A stretch of 64,000 nt of DNA from an uncultured delta proteobacterium (lineage in GTDB: Bacteria > Desulfobacterota > Binatia > Binatales > Binataceae). The notes under the pieces were generated by a model, which had not been told where the DNA came from, made no database searches, and saw nothing but the letters and a program-made list of their open reading frames with translations. Location: positions 224,001 through 288,000 of the forward strand of contig CAVQEQ010000001.1 of the NCBI GenBank assembly GCA_963711565.1, read 5' to 3'. Positions 32,351-42,800 of the stretch are shown here, piece after piece. Within the stretch, counting starts at the first letter, position 1. Each line of letters begins with the position of its first letter. The position numbers were made by a program, and so were the translations under genes.

Positions 32351-32366
32351 TGGCAATTGGCTCGCA
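32351..32366 (+). promoter_or_regulatory. Possible sigma54 promoter
   Basis: TGGCAATTGGCTCGCA has GG-N10-GC spacing; imperfect consensus. Confidence 0.4.
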
Positions 32367-32493
32367 TAGCACGCACCGAAAATCTCCTGCGCAGCGAAGC
32401 CACTGTCGAGCGGAAAGGACTGAAAGCGAAAACAGGCGATTGTCGAATCTGGCAAATAATGGTCACGTGCCCGGTGTCTCCGCCCGACCGCCG

Positions 32494-33246
32494 ATGCAGG
32501 CGGGTCAATGGGAGCACGGCGTGCACATGGAGGCGCTGGCTAATCTCGCGCACGAACTTCGCTCTCCGGTGCAGGCGATCCTCGGCTATCTCGACATCCT
32601 GCGCGACGAGTTGAGCGAAACGGTGGGCGGCCGCCACAAGCAGATTCTCGACCGTCTCAATGCTAACGCGCACGACTTGGCGCAGACGGTCGAGAATGTG
32701 ATGGATTTTTCGTTCAAGGACGCAATGGCTGAGGCGGAGGACGCAGAAGAAATCCGACTGCACGATCTGATCGGAGACCTTGCCCCGGTGCTCGAAGCCG
32801 CCAACGACTCGAAGGGCCTCGAAATCAGGTTCGATCTGGAAGCCGCGCCCACCGTTTTTCGCTCGCGGCGCCGGCCGATCAAGTCGATACTGCTCAACCT
32901 CGCGGTCAACGCAATCAAGTTTACCGACCGGGGTAGCATCACGATCGCCATCCGGCTGGCCGCATCGTCTCAACTCGGCTCAGCGGTTGAACTTGAAGTC
33001 CGCGACACCGGACCCGGAATCGATGCTGCAATGGTCGAGCAGGCATTCGAGACCTGCGCTCAGCTTTCGCACTCCAGCATCCGCAGCCACCGCGGAATGG
33101 GCCTGGGGCTAGCCGTCGTTCAACGCAATGTGCAGGCGCTAGGCGGGAAAATAATCGTCAGGAGCGAACTGCCGCGGGGTTCCGCCTTCGTCGTGATCGT
33201 CCCGATCACGGACCCAGTCGTCGCGAGTCATCGTATCCGCACCTAA
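32494..33246 (+). CDS. Orphan histidine kinase lacking a sensor domain (start uncertain)
   Basis: AHELRSP, NLAVNAIKFT, DTGPGI, GMGLGL. Confidence 0.85.
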   Translation: MQAGQWEHGVHMEALANLAHELRSPVQAILGYLDILRDELSETVGGRHKQILDRLNANAHDLAQTVENVMDFSFKDAMAEAEDAEEIRLHDLIGDLAPVLEAANDSKGLEIRFDLEAAPTVFRSRRRPIKSILLNLAVNAIKFTDRGSITIAIRLAASSQLGSAVELEVRDTGPGIDAAMVEQAFETCAQLSHSSIRSHRGMGLGLAVVQRNVQALGGKIIVRSELPRGSAFVVIVPITDPVVASHRIRT

Positions 33247-33276
33247 GCTGGCTGTTTCCCTATCCTGTCTTAATAC

Positions 33277-33331
33277 TGGGTGCAGGGGTCACCCCTGCCG
33301 AAGGAAGCGTGAAACCCACCGCGGGTTTCAC
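33277..33331 (+). repeat. Double-hairpin intergenic repeat, family A (copy 2)
   Basis: TGGGTGCAGGGGTCACCCCTGCCGAAGGAAGCGTGAAACCCACCGCGGGTTTCAC. Confidence 0.92.
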
Positions 33332-33358
33332 TGCGATCAAGTTCTTCGCTCTTACGCG

Positions 33359-33967
33359 TTACCGATAGTGCCGCATCAACCCGACCACGACGCCGCGAAT
33401 CGCCAGGTCGCCCTCGCCCACCATGATCGGTTGCATCGCGGAGTTCGCCGGCTGCAGGCGGATCTGCCCGCTCGATTCACGGTAGAACTTCTTGACGGTC
33501 GCCTCGTTGCCGATCAGAGCGACCACCGTCTCTCCGTTGTCGGCGCTATCGCGGCCTTCGACGATTATGTAATCGCCGTCGCGGATGCCGTCTTCGATCA
33601 TCGAGTCGCCTTTCACCCGCAAGCAAAAAGTATTGTCGCGCCGGATGAAGTCGTCGGGCACGCTGATCGTTTCGTTGCTCTCGACCGCTTCGATCGGCGC
33701 GCCGGCCGCCACGGTGCCGAGCAATCGAATCGCCTTCGGCGCTTCGTGCTTCTCCGACCGCGCGACTTCGAGCGCCCGGCTATGATTGTGTTGGCGTATG
33801 ATGAACCCCTTCTGCTCGAGGTTGTGCAGATGCTTGTGCACGGTGGCCAGCGACGACAACCCGAAGTATGTGCCGACTTCGGCGAGCGTGGGTGCATAGC
33901 CGTGTTCGCTGATATAGTCGTTCAGGTAATCGATCAACTGCTTCTGCCGCTTGGTCAGCGTCGCCAT
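33359..33967 (-). CDS. lexA: SOS repressor LexA
   Basis: LTKRQ, VAAG cleavage site, GDSM, ATVKK, LQPAN. Confidence 0.96.
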   Translation of the reverse strand: MATLTKRQKQLIDYLNDYISEHGYAPTLAEVGTYFGLSSLATVHKHLHNLEQKGFIIRQHNHSRALEVARSEKHEAPKAIRLLGTVAAGAPIEAVESNETISVPDDFIRRDNTFCLRVKGDSMIEDGIRDGDYIIVEGRDSADNGETVVALIGNEATVKKFYRESSGQIRLQPANSAMQPIMVGEGDLAIRGVVVGLMRHYR

Positions 33968-34000
33968 AGGGCTTCTCCCCTCGCTCTTTGGACGATGTCG

Positions 34001-34029
34001 ATCATGGCGAAAATCAGGCGAAGATGCAA
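34001..34029 (-). promoter_or_regulatory. lexA sigma70 promoter with candidate SOS box
   Basis: TTGCAT-N17-CATGAT; spacer holds TTCGCC-N5-TTCGCC. Confidence 0.65.
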
Positions 34030-34106
34030 GCAATGGACGTTACTTTGTTGCGGGGCGGTTTCGCGATCTTGACGGAGCGAATAGTCTCAATGACGACCTG
34101 AGTCCG

Positions 34107-34481
34107 ATGGCGAAACTGCGAATCCAATTCGAGAACGGCGACCCCGAGAAGGTAATCGAGTTCGACCCCGCCAAGGCGCCGTTTCATCACGACGGCAAGC
34201 CCGGCTCGATCCTCGACGTGATGCTGGGTCACGGAATCCATCTCGAGCACGCATGCGGCGGCAATTGCGCATGTACGACCTGCCACGTGATCGTCAAGCA
34301 GGGATTCAACAAGCTAGGCGAGTCGAGCGAACAGGAAGAGGACTTGCTCGACCGGGCGCCGGGACTGACGCCGACGTCGCGGCTCGGATGCCAGGCCGTC
34401 ATCGAGGATCGCGACGCAGAAATCGTCGTCGTCGTCCCGCGCTACACGATTAACCAGGTCAGCGAGGCGGCCGAGGAATGA
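34107..34481 (+). CDS. fdx: 2Fe-2S ferredoxin (ISC/adrenodoxin type)
   Basis: HACGGNCACTTCHV, SRLGCQ. Confidence 0.92.
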   Translation: MAKLRIQFENGDPEKVIEFDPAKAPFHHDGKPGSILDVMLGHGIHLEHACGGNCACTTCHVIVKQGFNKLGESSEQEEDLLDRAPGLTPTSRLGCQAVIEDRDAEIVVVVPRYTINQVSEAAEE

Positions 34482-35218
34482 TGCCCGATCCGCCGGCCGC
34501 TGAGGCACCCGCCAGGCGCGGGACGCTGAATGCGCGCGTCGAGAGAATTTTCGATCACGCATCGGACACGCGATCTCTCTTTCTCTCGCTCACCAGCGGC
34601 AAGCATCTGCGATTCCTCCCCGGCCAGTTCATTTCGATAACGATTCCGCTCGGCGACGAGACCCGCTCGCGTCCCTACTCCGTTGCGTCCGATCCCGAAG
34701 ATCGCGGCCCGTTCGAGATTTGCTTCAATCGCGTCGAGGGCGGTCGCGGCGTAGCGTGGCTGTTCGATCGGCGCGTCGGCGACACGCTCGATTTCAGCGG
34801 GCCGTTCGGCGCCTTTACGATCGATCGCGCGCCCGAGGTGGCGGAACTCGGCTTCATCGCCGAGGGCACGGCGATCGCGCCGATACGCTCGATGCTGAAG
34901 CGGGCGCTCGCATCGTCGTCACCGTCGAAGATTCATTTGATTTACGCGGCGCCGGATCGCGAGCACGTCCTGTACGCCGCCGAACTCGACGAGATCGCTC
35001 GGAGCGCGCCGAATTTTTCGTACGAGACGGTGATCGCGCATCCCGAAGAAATTTCCGATCGCCTATTCGAGCTGGCGCAAGCGCGATGGGTGACCGGCGA
35101 CGCCGATCGCATGCGCCACTTCTACGTCTGCGGCGTCGGCAAAGGCGTGATTCGGCTCCGCGACCTGCTGCGGGGCGCCGGCTACGAGCGCCGCTCCGTG
35201 CATTACGAGCAGTGGTGA
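34478..35218 (+). CDS. FAD/NAD(P)-binding oxidoreductase, FNR family
   Basis: PGQF, RPYSVAS, GPFGAF, GTAIAP, YVCG, C-terminal EQW. Confidence 0.88.
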   Translation: MMPDPPAAEAPARRGTLNARVERIFDHASDTRSLFLSLTSGKHLRFLPGQFISITIPLGDETRSRPYSVASDPEDRGPFEICFNRVEGGRGVAWLFDRRVGDTLDFSGPFGAFTIDRAPEVAELGFIAEGTAIAPIRSMLKRALASSSPSKIHLIYAAPDREHVLYAAELDEIARSAPNFSYETVIAHPEEISDRLFELAQARWVTGDADRMRHFYVCGVGKGVIRLRDLLRGAGYERRSVHYEQW

Positions 35219-35227
35219 CGCTCGCCG

Positions 35228-36160
35228 CTACTTCGCGAATGCTTTCCTGAGCGCCGCGGCGGACTCGTCGATTGCGAGCTTGCCCTTGTCGAGCACCTCG
35301 TACATCGAAAAGAATCCGTGGATCATTCCTTCGTAGCGCGTAACGGTCACGGGCACGCCGGCGGCGCGCAGCTTCTCGCCGTAGGTCTCGCCCTCATCGC
35401 GCAGCGGATCGAAATCCGCCGTTATGATCAGCGCGGGCGGCAGCCCCTTGAAGCTCTTCGCCAACGCCGGCGCGATACGCGGGTCTTTGCGATCCGCCGG
35501 GCTGCGCAGGTAATGCTTCCAGAAATAAACTATGTCGTCCTTGGTCAGAAAGTAGTCGGTGAAGGTTTTGTGCGAGTAGGTGTCGAGCTCCGCCTCCGTC
35601 GCGGGGTAGATGAGCAGCTGGAACGCGATTTTCGGGCCGCCCGCGTCGCGCGCGAGCTGTGAAATCACCGCCGACAGGTTACCGCCCGCGCTGTCACCAC
35701 CGACAGCCAACCGGTTCGCATCTGCGTTCAGCTCTTTAGCGTGCGCGGCGACCCACTTGGTCGCGGCAAAGCAATCTTCGACGCCGGCTGGAAATTTATT
35801 CTCGGGCGCAAGCCGGTAATCGACCGACACCGTCACGCATCCGGCCTTGTTAGTGAGCGCGCGGCACGGCCCGTCGTGAGTATCGAGGTCCATAATCACC
35901 CATCCACCGCCGTGGAAAAATACCAACACCGGAAACGGGCCCGTGCCCTCGGGAGTGTAGATGCGAATCGGAATCTCGCCGGCAGGGCCGGGAATTTTGC
36001 GATCCTCGACTTTGGCGATTTTCTCAGCCCGCTCCGGCGGCACTCTGAACATATTGGCGGTCAAGCGGCGCGCTTCGGCCGGCTCCAGCGTATGCAGCTT
36101 GGGGCCGGGCGCGGCGGCGATTTGATCCATCAGGACTTTCACTTGCGGGTCGAGCGGCAT
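35228..36160 (-). CDS. Alpha/beta hydrolase, HSL-family esterase
   Basis: HGGGW, YRLAPE, GDSAGG, DPLRDE, HGF. Confidence 0.95.
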   Translation of the reverse strand: MPLDPQVKVLMDQIAAAPGPKLHTLEPAEARRLTANMFRVPPERAEKIAKVEDRKIPGPAGEIPIRIYTPEGTGPFPVLVFFHGGGWVIMDLDTHDGPCRALTNKAGCVTVSVDYRLAPENKFPAGVEDCFAATKWVAAHAKELNADANRLAVGGDSAGGNLSAVISQLARDAGGPKIAFQLLIYPATEAELDTYSHKTFTDYFLTKDDIVYFWKHYLRSPADRKDPRIAPALAKSFKGLPPALIITADFDPLRDEGETYGEKLRAAGVPVTVTRYEGMIHGFFSMYEVLDKGKLAIDESAAALRKAFAK

Positions 36161-36221
36161 GGTTTTTCCTCCGGGTGATCTTTCTTAGACCGGAACGCCC
36201 GCTGGCGACAAGCGCACCGCA

Positions 36222-37067
36222 CTACGGCGCGAAACTGGATAGCAGACTGATCGCGCCGGGGTGTCCGTCGATTCTAATGCCGCGCGCAATGGCTCCCTCG
36301 CGCTCGAGTCGGCACGCCGCACCCTCGACCAATGCCGCGTCGATCCCCAGCAGCCGCGCGATCGCACGCTCACTGCCGAAGGCCGCCGTCTCGAAATATT
36401 TCGTGACGATCGCGTACGCTGCCTGCTTCCGCGAGAGTTTGCGCGCATCCGCAATCGCGTCGGGCCATCGATGCTCCATCGTGTCCCACACGTAGCTGAA
36501 CGGGTCGGCGCGCTCGTCAACTTTGAGCGCAAGAAATTTTTCCTGCAGCTCCGCCATCGCGCGGTCGAACACCGCGCGCTTCGACGCTTGCGCGTAACCG
36601 CTTGATAGCTTGAGCACGCGCGTCTCAGCCGCGCCGCGCTTGGAGAGTGCGTCCATCACCAGTTTGCCGCAATGCGACAAGCCGCCGCGGAGGTACAGCT
36701 TGCGATAGCCGCCCGGCTCGATGCGCAGCCTGAGGAACGCTCCCAGCATCTTGCGTGCGATGAAGCTCGGGCGTCGCGCGATCACCTTGCCGTAATAGAC
36801 CGCGCGGCGCTGCGGCAATGAGTCCTTGATTCGCCAGGTCATCCCGATCGCGTAGTCATGCTGAATATGCTCGGGCATCGAAGGTTCGCGCGTTCCCGCA
36901 ATCGCCTCGCGCAGGCACGGCACTCCCATCCCGGACGTGAACCCGGTACAGAATCCAACCTCTTCGATAAACTTGAGCGCGCTCTTCTCGCCGGTCACGC
37001 GCCGCGACGCGACGCGCCTGAAATGATGGTCGCGATGCCGCTCGAGCGCGTCGAGAATATTGCTCAT
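36222..37067 (-). CDS. AlkZ/YcaQ-related winged-helix protein (start uncertain)
   Basis: FIEEVGFC, TWRIKD, VYYGK, LQEKFL pattern. Confidence 0.6.
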   Translation of the reverse strand: MSNILDALERHRDHHFRRVASRRVTGEKSALKFIEEVGFCTGFTSGMGVPCLREAIAGTREPSMPEHIQHDYAIGMTWRIKDSLPQRRAVYYGKVIARRPSFIARKMLGAFLRLRIEPGGYRKLYLRGGLSHCGKLVMDALSKRGAAETRVLKLSSGYAQASKRAVFDRAMAELQEKFLALKVDERADPFSYVWDTMEHRWPDAIADARKLSRKQAAYAIVTKYFETAAFGSERAIARLLGIDAALVEGAACRLEREGAIARGIRIDGHPGAISLLSSFAP

Positions 37068-37130
37068 GCGGCGCGATGGTAGCTTGAGTACCGAGAGCAA
37101 AGTAGCGTCCTCGCAACTTTGCGATTGACA

Positions 37131-37167
37131 CTGGGTGCAGGGGTCACCCCTGCCGCCCCGCGCGCAG
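37131..37167 (+). repeat. Family A repeat, short variant
   Basis: CTGGGTGCAGGGGTCACCCCTGCCGCCCCGCGCGCAG. Confidence 0.85.
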
Positions 37168-37196
37168 CGGTTCTGGATCTCCTCCAGGCGCCCCGC

Positions 37197-38519
37197 TCAT
37201 CCCGGAATTCGCTCGACACTTTCCGCAAAGATTCGCCGGTAGTTGGTCTTCACCGCGAGTCCGCGCGTGATTCCTTCCAGCCCGACCAGTGCGCGAATCA
37301 GAAACACGCTGTGCGCGGGCGATTTGTACAGCTGGTTTTGAAGCGCGAGCTCTCCGACCTTGGCCGCCTTGCCGACCGTGTCGTAGTCGCGTGGATCGAC
37401 CGCGTAATTGACCCTCATCGGCTCGAACAGGATGTGAATGATTTTGACCATCGGCGCCGCGTCCTGACTGCGATCGAGATAGCCGAGCTTGACCATCGCC
37501 GCCGCCAGCGATTTGTCGTCGCCGCTCAGAATCGCGCGCGCGACTTGCAGGTTGGCCTTGCGCACCGGTTCGGGGAAGCGCCGTATCGAGCCGAAGTCGA
37601 GGACGCCAAGCCGCGGATGATGGCTCACGAGGTAGTTGCCCGGATGAAAATCGGTGTGCAGCATCCCGAATTCGAGAATCTGCCGCCACGCGAACTCGTG
37701 CATCTTCCTCGTGACCCATTCGCGCAGCTCGGCATCGACCTCCGACCCCATCACGTCCGCCAGCGGATAGCCGTCGACGTACGTCATCGTCAGCACGCGC
37801 TGCGAACTCAACTCCTTGACGTAGCGCGGAATCATGATCTCGCCGTCCGCGCCGAGACGCCGGCCGAACTCGACGATGTTGCGCGCCTCGTTCACGTAGT
37901 CGAGCTCCTCGCGCAGCCGCTGCTCGAGTTCCCTGTACACGGCGCCGGTGTCGATCTGTTGGCGCATCACGTCATGACCGAGCGCCTGCAAGGTCCGCAG
38001 CAGCAGCTTGAGATTCTGCAAGTCCTGCTCGACGGTATCCTCGACGCCCGGATACTGGATCTTCACCGCGACGTCGAGACCATCACGCGTGACCGCGCGA
38101 TGCACCTGGCCGAGCGACGCGGCGGCAAACGCGGTCTGATCGAAACTCCTGAAGATCGCCTCGGGCCGCTTGCCGATCTCCTTGCGAATCTGCTCCGAAA
38201 TAGTCGCGTAGCTCATCGGCGGCACGCTCGATTGCGTCGCGCGCAGCACGTCGAGCGCCTCGCCCGGCAGCAGATCCTTACGAATCGAGAGCATCTGAAT
38301 AAGCTTCATGAACGCGCCGCGAAGCTGCTTCGAGCTCTCGACAATTCGCTGCGCGTTGCGGATGTGAGTCTCGAGCAGGTCGCGCTCGCGCGCGGGCGCG
38401 CTCAGAAAAGGCCGCCGCAATTGATTCCACAGGTAGCTGGAGCCCACCTGCGACGCGAGCTCGCCCATCTTGATCGCGCGGCGCGCGCGCCCGCTGGTGA
38501 TTGACGTGCGTTTCGCCAT
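37197..38519 (-). CDS. ABC1/UbiB/AarF family kinase
   Basis: [33 protein letters not shown]. Confidence 0.93.
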   Translation of the reverse strand: MAKRTSITSGRARRAIKMGELASQVGSSYLWNQLRRPFLSAPARERDLLETHIRNAQRIVESSKQLRGAFMKLIQMLSIRKDLLPGEALDVLRATQSSVPPMSYATISEQIRKEIGKRPEAIFRSFDQTAFAAASLGQVHRAVTRDGLDVAVKIQYPGVEDTVEQDLQNLKLLLRTLQALGHDVMRQQIDTGAVYRELEQRLREELDYVNEARNIVEFGRRLGADGEIMIPRYVKELSSQRVLTMTYVDGYPLADVMGSEVDAELREWVTRKMHEFAWRQILEFGMLHTDFHPGNYLVSHHPRLGVLDFGSIRRFPEPVRKANLQVARAILSGDDKSLAAAMVKLGYLDRSQDAAPMVKIIHILFEPMRVNYAVDPRDYDTVGKAAKVGELALQNQLYKSPAHSVFLIRALVGLEGITRGLAVKTNYRRIFAESVERIPG

Positions 38520-39289
38520 CAGCGTCCGTCGCGCTCGATTCCGACCCGGTTGATCAACGTGGCCGCCAGCGCCGCGCCGAAACCATTGTCGATATTGACG
38601 ACGGTCACGCCGCTCGCGCACGAATTCAGCATCCCCAGCAGCGCGGCCAGACCGCCCATCGACGCGCCGTAACCGACGCTGGTCGGCACGGCGATCACAG
38701 GCTTGTCGACCAGGCCCGCGACCACCGACGGCAGCGCGCCTTCCATCCCCGCGACGACGATTAGCACGCTAGCTTTGCGAATCGTTTCGAGGTTCGCTGT
38801 GAGGCGATGAATTCCCGCGACGCCGACGTCGTAGACGCGCGCCACGCGATTTCCGAACAGCTCGGCGCACAGCGCCGCTTCCTCGGCGACCGGAATGTCG
38901 GAAGTGCCCGCGCTCAGCACCATCACGACGCCCTGCCCCGACGGCTTGACGCGCTCCTTCACGACCATGCCGATGCGTGCGTCGGGACGATACTCCAGCG
39001 CGCGGATTTTGCGTTTGACGATGCGCGCCTTGTCCGCATCGAGCCGCGTGATTATCAGATTCGTCCCCGACGCAATGACGCGCAGTCCGATCGCCACGAG
39101 CTGATCGGCAGTTTTACCTTCGCCGAAAATCACTTCGGGAATCCCGCGGCGGACGCTCCGGTGATTGTCGAGCTTGGCAAAGCCCAGGTCTTCGAACGGC
39201 AGCTCGCGGATATGCTTGAACCCAGCGCCCGGAGTCATCTTGCCCTCGGCGACGCCGTCGAGGATTTCGCGGATTCGCTTTTCAGTCAT
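38519..39289 (-). CDS. larB: Nickel-pincer cofactor biosynthesis protein LarB
   Basis: AGTSDIPVAEEA, DVGVAGIHRL, AGMEGAL, PTSVGYG, VVNIDNGFGA. Confidence 0.93.
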   Translation of the reverse strand: MTEKRIREILDGVAEGKMTPGAGFKHIRELPFEDLGFAKLDNHRSVRRGIPEVIFGEGKTADQLVAIGLRVIASGTNLIITRLDADKARIVKRKIRALEYRPDARIGMVVKERVKPSGQGVVMVLSAGTSDIPVAEEAALCAELFGNRVARVYDVGVAGIHRLTANLETIRKASVLIVVAGMEGALPSVVAGLVDKPVIAVPTSVGYGASMGGLAALLGMLNSCASGVTVVNIDNGFGAALAATLINRVGIERDGR

Positions 39290-40575
39290 CGCCGTTTGAG
39301 AAGTTCCGGGCGGATCGGATGCGCAAGTGTCAATATCAGTTCGCGCACAGCGCGCGCGTCGCTGCGCGTGACGGTGATCGTCAATTCGCCCTCGATTAAT
39401 TTTTCGCCGGGTTTGGGAATATGCCCGAGTCGTTCGACCACCAATCCGCCGATGGTAGCATACTCGTCGGCCTCCGAAAGCTTGAGGCCGAAGCGCTCGT
39501 TCAGCTCCGTAATCGGTGCGCGTCCGACAATCGACAGCACCCGCGGGCTGACCACTTTGGCCAACTCCTCGCGAAGGTCGTGTTCATCCTCGATATCGCC
39601 GACGATCTCTTCGATCAGATCTTCCAGCGTCAGAATTCCCGCCGAGCCGCCATACTCATCGACGACCACGGCCAGATTTTCTCCGGTGCGCTGCATCGCG
39701 ACCAGCGCCTCGTCGAGCGGCATCGATTCGGGAAAATAGCTGACCGGCCGCATGATGTCGCTCACCGGGCGGCTGAGATCGGGCGCCTGCAAAAGATCGA
39801 AGACATGAACGACGCCGACTATGTCCGTGATTCGACGCCGGAAGACCGGGATGCGGCTGAAGCCTTCGCGGCGGACAGTTTCGATCGCGGCTGCCAGCGA
39901 GGTTTCCTCCGGCACCGCATCGACGCCCACCAGCGGCACCATCGCCTTGCGCGCCTCGGCCTGCGAGAAGCGGAAGATGCGGCTGATCATCAACTGCTCG
40001 GCGGGCAGGATGTCGTCGTACGACGGCGCGGAGGCGTCGCTCGGTCGTCGCCGCATCAAGCGCGCCAGGTCCTCACGGCTCAAGAATACGCTCTCGGCAT
40101 CGGCCGGCACTCCTGCCAATCGACGCAACAATCTACTGAGAACTGTCTCCGCATAGAGCAGCGGCGCGAGCACCGTCGCAAGGAAACGCAACGGCCGCGC
40201 GGCGAACAGCGCGAACGCGTGCGGTCTCATGAGCGTCAGCAGCTTCGGTATCGACTCGCCCAGCACCAGCGTGATGGGAGTCAGAATAAACGGTGCGAGA
40301 TAAACCAGGTGCGGCTTATTGTTGCGGTGCAAGTAGCTGGTGAGCACGACCGCCGCGACCACGGTGGCGAGGTTGGTTCCGGTGAGAGTGAGCGCCAGCA
40401 AGCGGTCGCGATTCGTCAGCAGTTCGCCCAGCACTCGCGAGCGTGCGTGTCCCCCTTCGCTCCCGGCGCGAACCTTCAGTTCGTCGGCTGAAACCAGCGC
40501 GATCTCCGACGCCGCGAAAAACGCCTGCACCACGAGGCATCCGGCCAGCGCGGCGATCAGCCAGATCATCGTCAT
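39286..40575 (-). CDS. CNNM/hemolysin-family protein (DUF21-CBS-CorC)
   Basis: FFAASEIAL, GESIPK, FSRIPV, VDEYGG, EDLIEEIVGDIEDE. Confidence 0.92.
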   Translation of the reverse strand: MTMIWLIAALAGCLVVQAFFAASEIALVSADELKVRAGSEGGHARSRVLGELLTNRDRLLALTLTGTNLATVVAAVVLTSYLHRNNKPHLVYLAPFILTPITLVLGESIPKLLTLMRPHAFALFAARPLRFLATVLAPLLYAETVLSRLLRRLAGVPADAESVFLSREDLARLMRRRPSDASAPSYDDILPAEQLMISRIFRFSQAEARKAMVPLVGVDAVPEETSLAAAIETVRREGFSRIPVFRRRITDIVGVVHVFDLLQAPDLSRPVSDIMRPVSYFPESMPLDEALVAMQRTGENLAVVVDEYGGSAGILTLEDLIEEIVGDIEDEHDLREELAKVVSPRVLSIVGRAPITELNERFGLKLSEADEYATIGGLVVERLGHIPKPGEKLIEGELTITVTRSDARAVRELILTLAHPIRPELLKRR

Positions 40576-41786
40576 CGATGGAGCCTCACCAGCTCGACCG
40601 CCGCGCCGCGCACGCGCTCGACGGTCGCCTCGAATTCCCCGAGCCTCAATTTTTCTCCCGCGCGCGGTACGCGCCCGAGCCTGCGCAGGATCAGGCTGCT
40701 GAGCGTCTTGCCGCCGCCGTAAACTTCGATGACCCGCGCCGGCGCGAGCGCGTCGGCGAGCTTGCCCAACCCGACTGCGCCGGAGGCTTGCCATTCGTCG
40801 TCGGAAATTTTCGTGAGCTCGGGAACCTCGCTGTCGAACTCGTCGCGAATCTCGCCGAATAATTCTTCGAGCAGGTCTTCGAGCGTCACCAGGCCAAGCA
40901 GACGGCCGTACTCGTTGACCACGAGCGCGATCTGGAAGCGGCCGCGGCGCATCTCGTCAAATAAATCGGCGAGCAGCTTGCCCGGCGGGACAAAATACGC
41001 CGGCCGCACCAGCCGCTCGACGCGCGGCGGCGATGGCTCCAGGCGCCGCGCCGCTAGGTCCTTGGCGTGCAGAATCCCGACGATATTGTCCTGGCTATGG
41101 CGATAGACCGGCACGCGCGAGAAACTTTCGTGCGCGATTTCCGCCACCAGCTGCGCCACCGGCATCTCGATGTCGAGCGAGAAGATCCGGTCCCGCGGTG
41201 TCATCACCTCGGACGCGCGCCGCGCACCAAAGTCGAACACGCGATGAATCATCGCGCGCTCGGCGGGTTCCACCTGTCCCTGGTTTTCGCCGAGCCTGAG
41301 CAGCGTTTTGAACTCCGCTTCGGAAACCGGGCCGGGACTCGGCGCCTGCTCGAGCGGCGTGAAATGGCGCGCGAACGGATGGACCACGTCGGCTAGCACC
41401 GCCAGCGGCCGCGCCGTGAGCCACGCCAGCGCGGACGGAAATCCAAGCGCAAACGTCTTCGGCGTAATGTCGCAGAACAAGAGTACGACCACCAACATCG
41501 CCGGCGCCGCGACGATCGGCCCCCATTTGTCGCCGAGCCACGCCAGCAGAATGATCGTCACGAGGCAGTCGGCAAAAATGTTGCACGCTTCGTTCAGCCC
41601 GATGATCACGATCAACGATTCGAGCGGCCGGCGCATCAGGCGGTCGAGCGCGCGCTGCACCGAGAGGCTCATCTGCTCGCGCGTATGCTCCAGCCGCGCC
41701 ATCGAGAACAGCGCGGTCTCGGACGCCGCCAACGTGGCGCTCAGCACGATGAGGATCAGGACCACGAACGACAACATGGACATCAT
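40572..41786 (-). CDS. CNNM/hemolysin-family protein (DUF21-CBS-CorC)
   Basis: [37 protein letters not shown]. Confidence 0.92.
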   Translation of the reverse strand: MMSMLSFVVLILIVLSATLAASETALFSMARLEHTREQMSLSVQRALDRLMRRPLESLIVIIGLNEACNIFADCLVTIILLAWLGDKWGPIVAAPAMLVVVLLFCDITPKTFALGFPSALAWLTARPLAVLADVVHPFARHFTPLEQAPSPGPVSEAEFKTLLRLGENQGQVEPAERAMIHRVFDFGARRASEVMTPRDRIFSLDIEMPVAQLVAEIAHESFSRVPVYRHSQDNIVGILHAKDLAARRLEPSPPRVERLVRPAYFVPPGKLLADLFDEMRRGRFQIALVVNEYGRLLGLVTLEDLLEELFGEIRDEFDSEVPELTKISDDEWQASGAVGLGKLADALAPARVIEVYGGGKTLSSLILRRLGRVPRAGEKLRLGEFEATVERVRGAAVELVRLHR

Positions 41787-41795
41787 CGATTCTAT

Positions 41796-42800
41796 CTAGC
41801 CGCGCGACCGCAGCTGATCCCATCCTGCGGCAATCGGCGCGTTGGCACCAATCACGTTCAGCCGCTTGCCCCGAACGATCCGACCGATTCGCCGCACTGC
41901 AACGCGCAACCGACGCGACAGTTCGGCTTCGCTGTGACCGGGCCTCGCGCAGAAGATCAGTTCGTAGTCCTCGCCGCCGGTGAGCGCATGCACCATGTCC
42001 CCGCCCATCAGCGTGCGGTACGCCGGCGAGACCGGGATTCGCGGCGCGTCGATTTCAGCGCCGACTCCGCTTTGTTCGAGGATGTGCCCGAGGTCCTGCA
42101 TGAGTCCGTCGCTAACGTCGATTGCGGCGGGCGCGGGCCGGAGCGCCGCGAGCCGTTGCCCCGCGTACAGCCGCGCATGCGGACTCAGAAATCGCTCGAC
42201 GAGATATTTTTCTGACGCGCGATTCTTTTTCGCATCACCTCGAGTCCTCAGCTTGCCCGCCAGTATCCGCCAGCCCAGCGCTGCGTCGCCGAGCGTGCCG
42301 GTCACGAAGATTTCGTCGCCCGGCCGCGCCGCATCGCGCCGCATCACGCCGCGCCCGGCTTCGCCCAGGATCGCGATCGTGATCGAGAGCTCCCGCGCGC
42401 GGGTAATATTGCCGCCCACGATATCAATCGAGGCTTCGCGCGCCGCATCGCGCAGCCCCGAGTAAATTCGCTCGAGCGTCCGCGACGTAATTCCTTCGCG
42501 CACGCCGAGGTTCACGACGCAGGCCGTCGGCCGCCCACCCATCGCCGCGATGTCGCTCAAATTAACCGCGAGCGCGCGCGCACCGAGCGCTTCCGGCGTT
42601 CCCCATCGCAAATCGAAGTGAACCTTCTCGACGATGCTGTCGATAGTAAACAGCACCTGCCCGCGCGGCCGCGAGACAATCGCGCAATCGTCACCGGCGC
42701 CGAGAATCGTGCGGCGGCTGAGGCTGATTCCCGCGCTGAGTCGCGCGATCAGTTCGAATTCGCTGGGGAGTTTGCCGGACGCGCCAGAGCGTTTCCTCAC
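41796..42800 (-). CDS. thiL: Thiamine-monophosphate kinase
   Basis: EFELI, GDDCA, NLSDIAAMG, DVSDGL, GGEDYEL. Confidence 0.95.
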   Translation of the reverse strand: MRKRSGASGKLPSEFELIARLSAGISLSRRTILGAGDDCAIVSRPRGQVLFTIDSIVEKVHFDLRWGTPEALGARALAVNLSDIAAMGGRPTACVVNLGVREGITSRTLERIYSGLRDAAREASIDIVGGNITRARELSITIAILGEAGRGVMRRDAARPGDEIFVTGTLGDAALGWRILAGKLRTRGDAKKNRASEKYLVERFLSPHARLYAGQRLAALRPAPAAIDVSDGLMQDLGHILEQSGVGAEIDAPRIPVSPAYRTLMGGDMVHALTGGEDYELIFCARPGHSEAELSRRLRVAVRRIGRIVRGKRLNVIGANAPIAAGWDQLRSRG

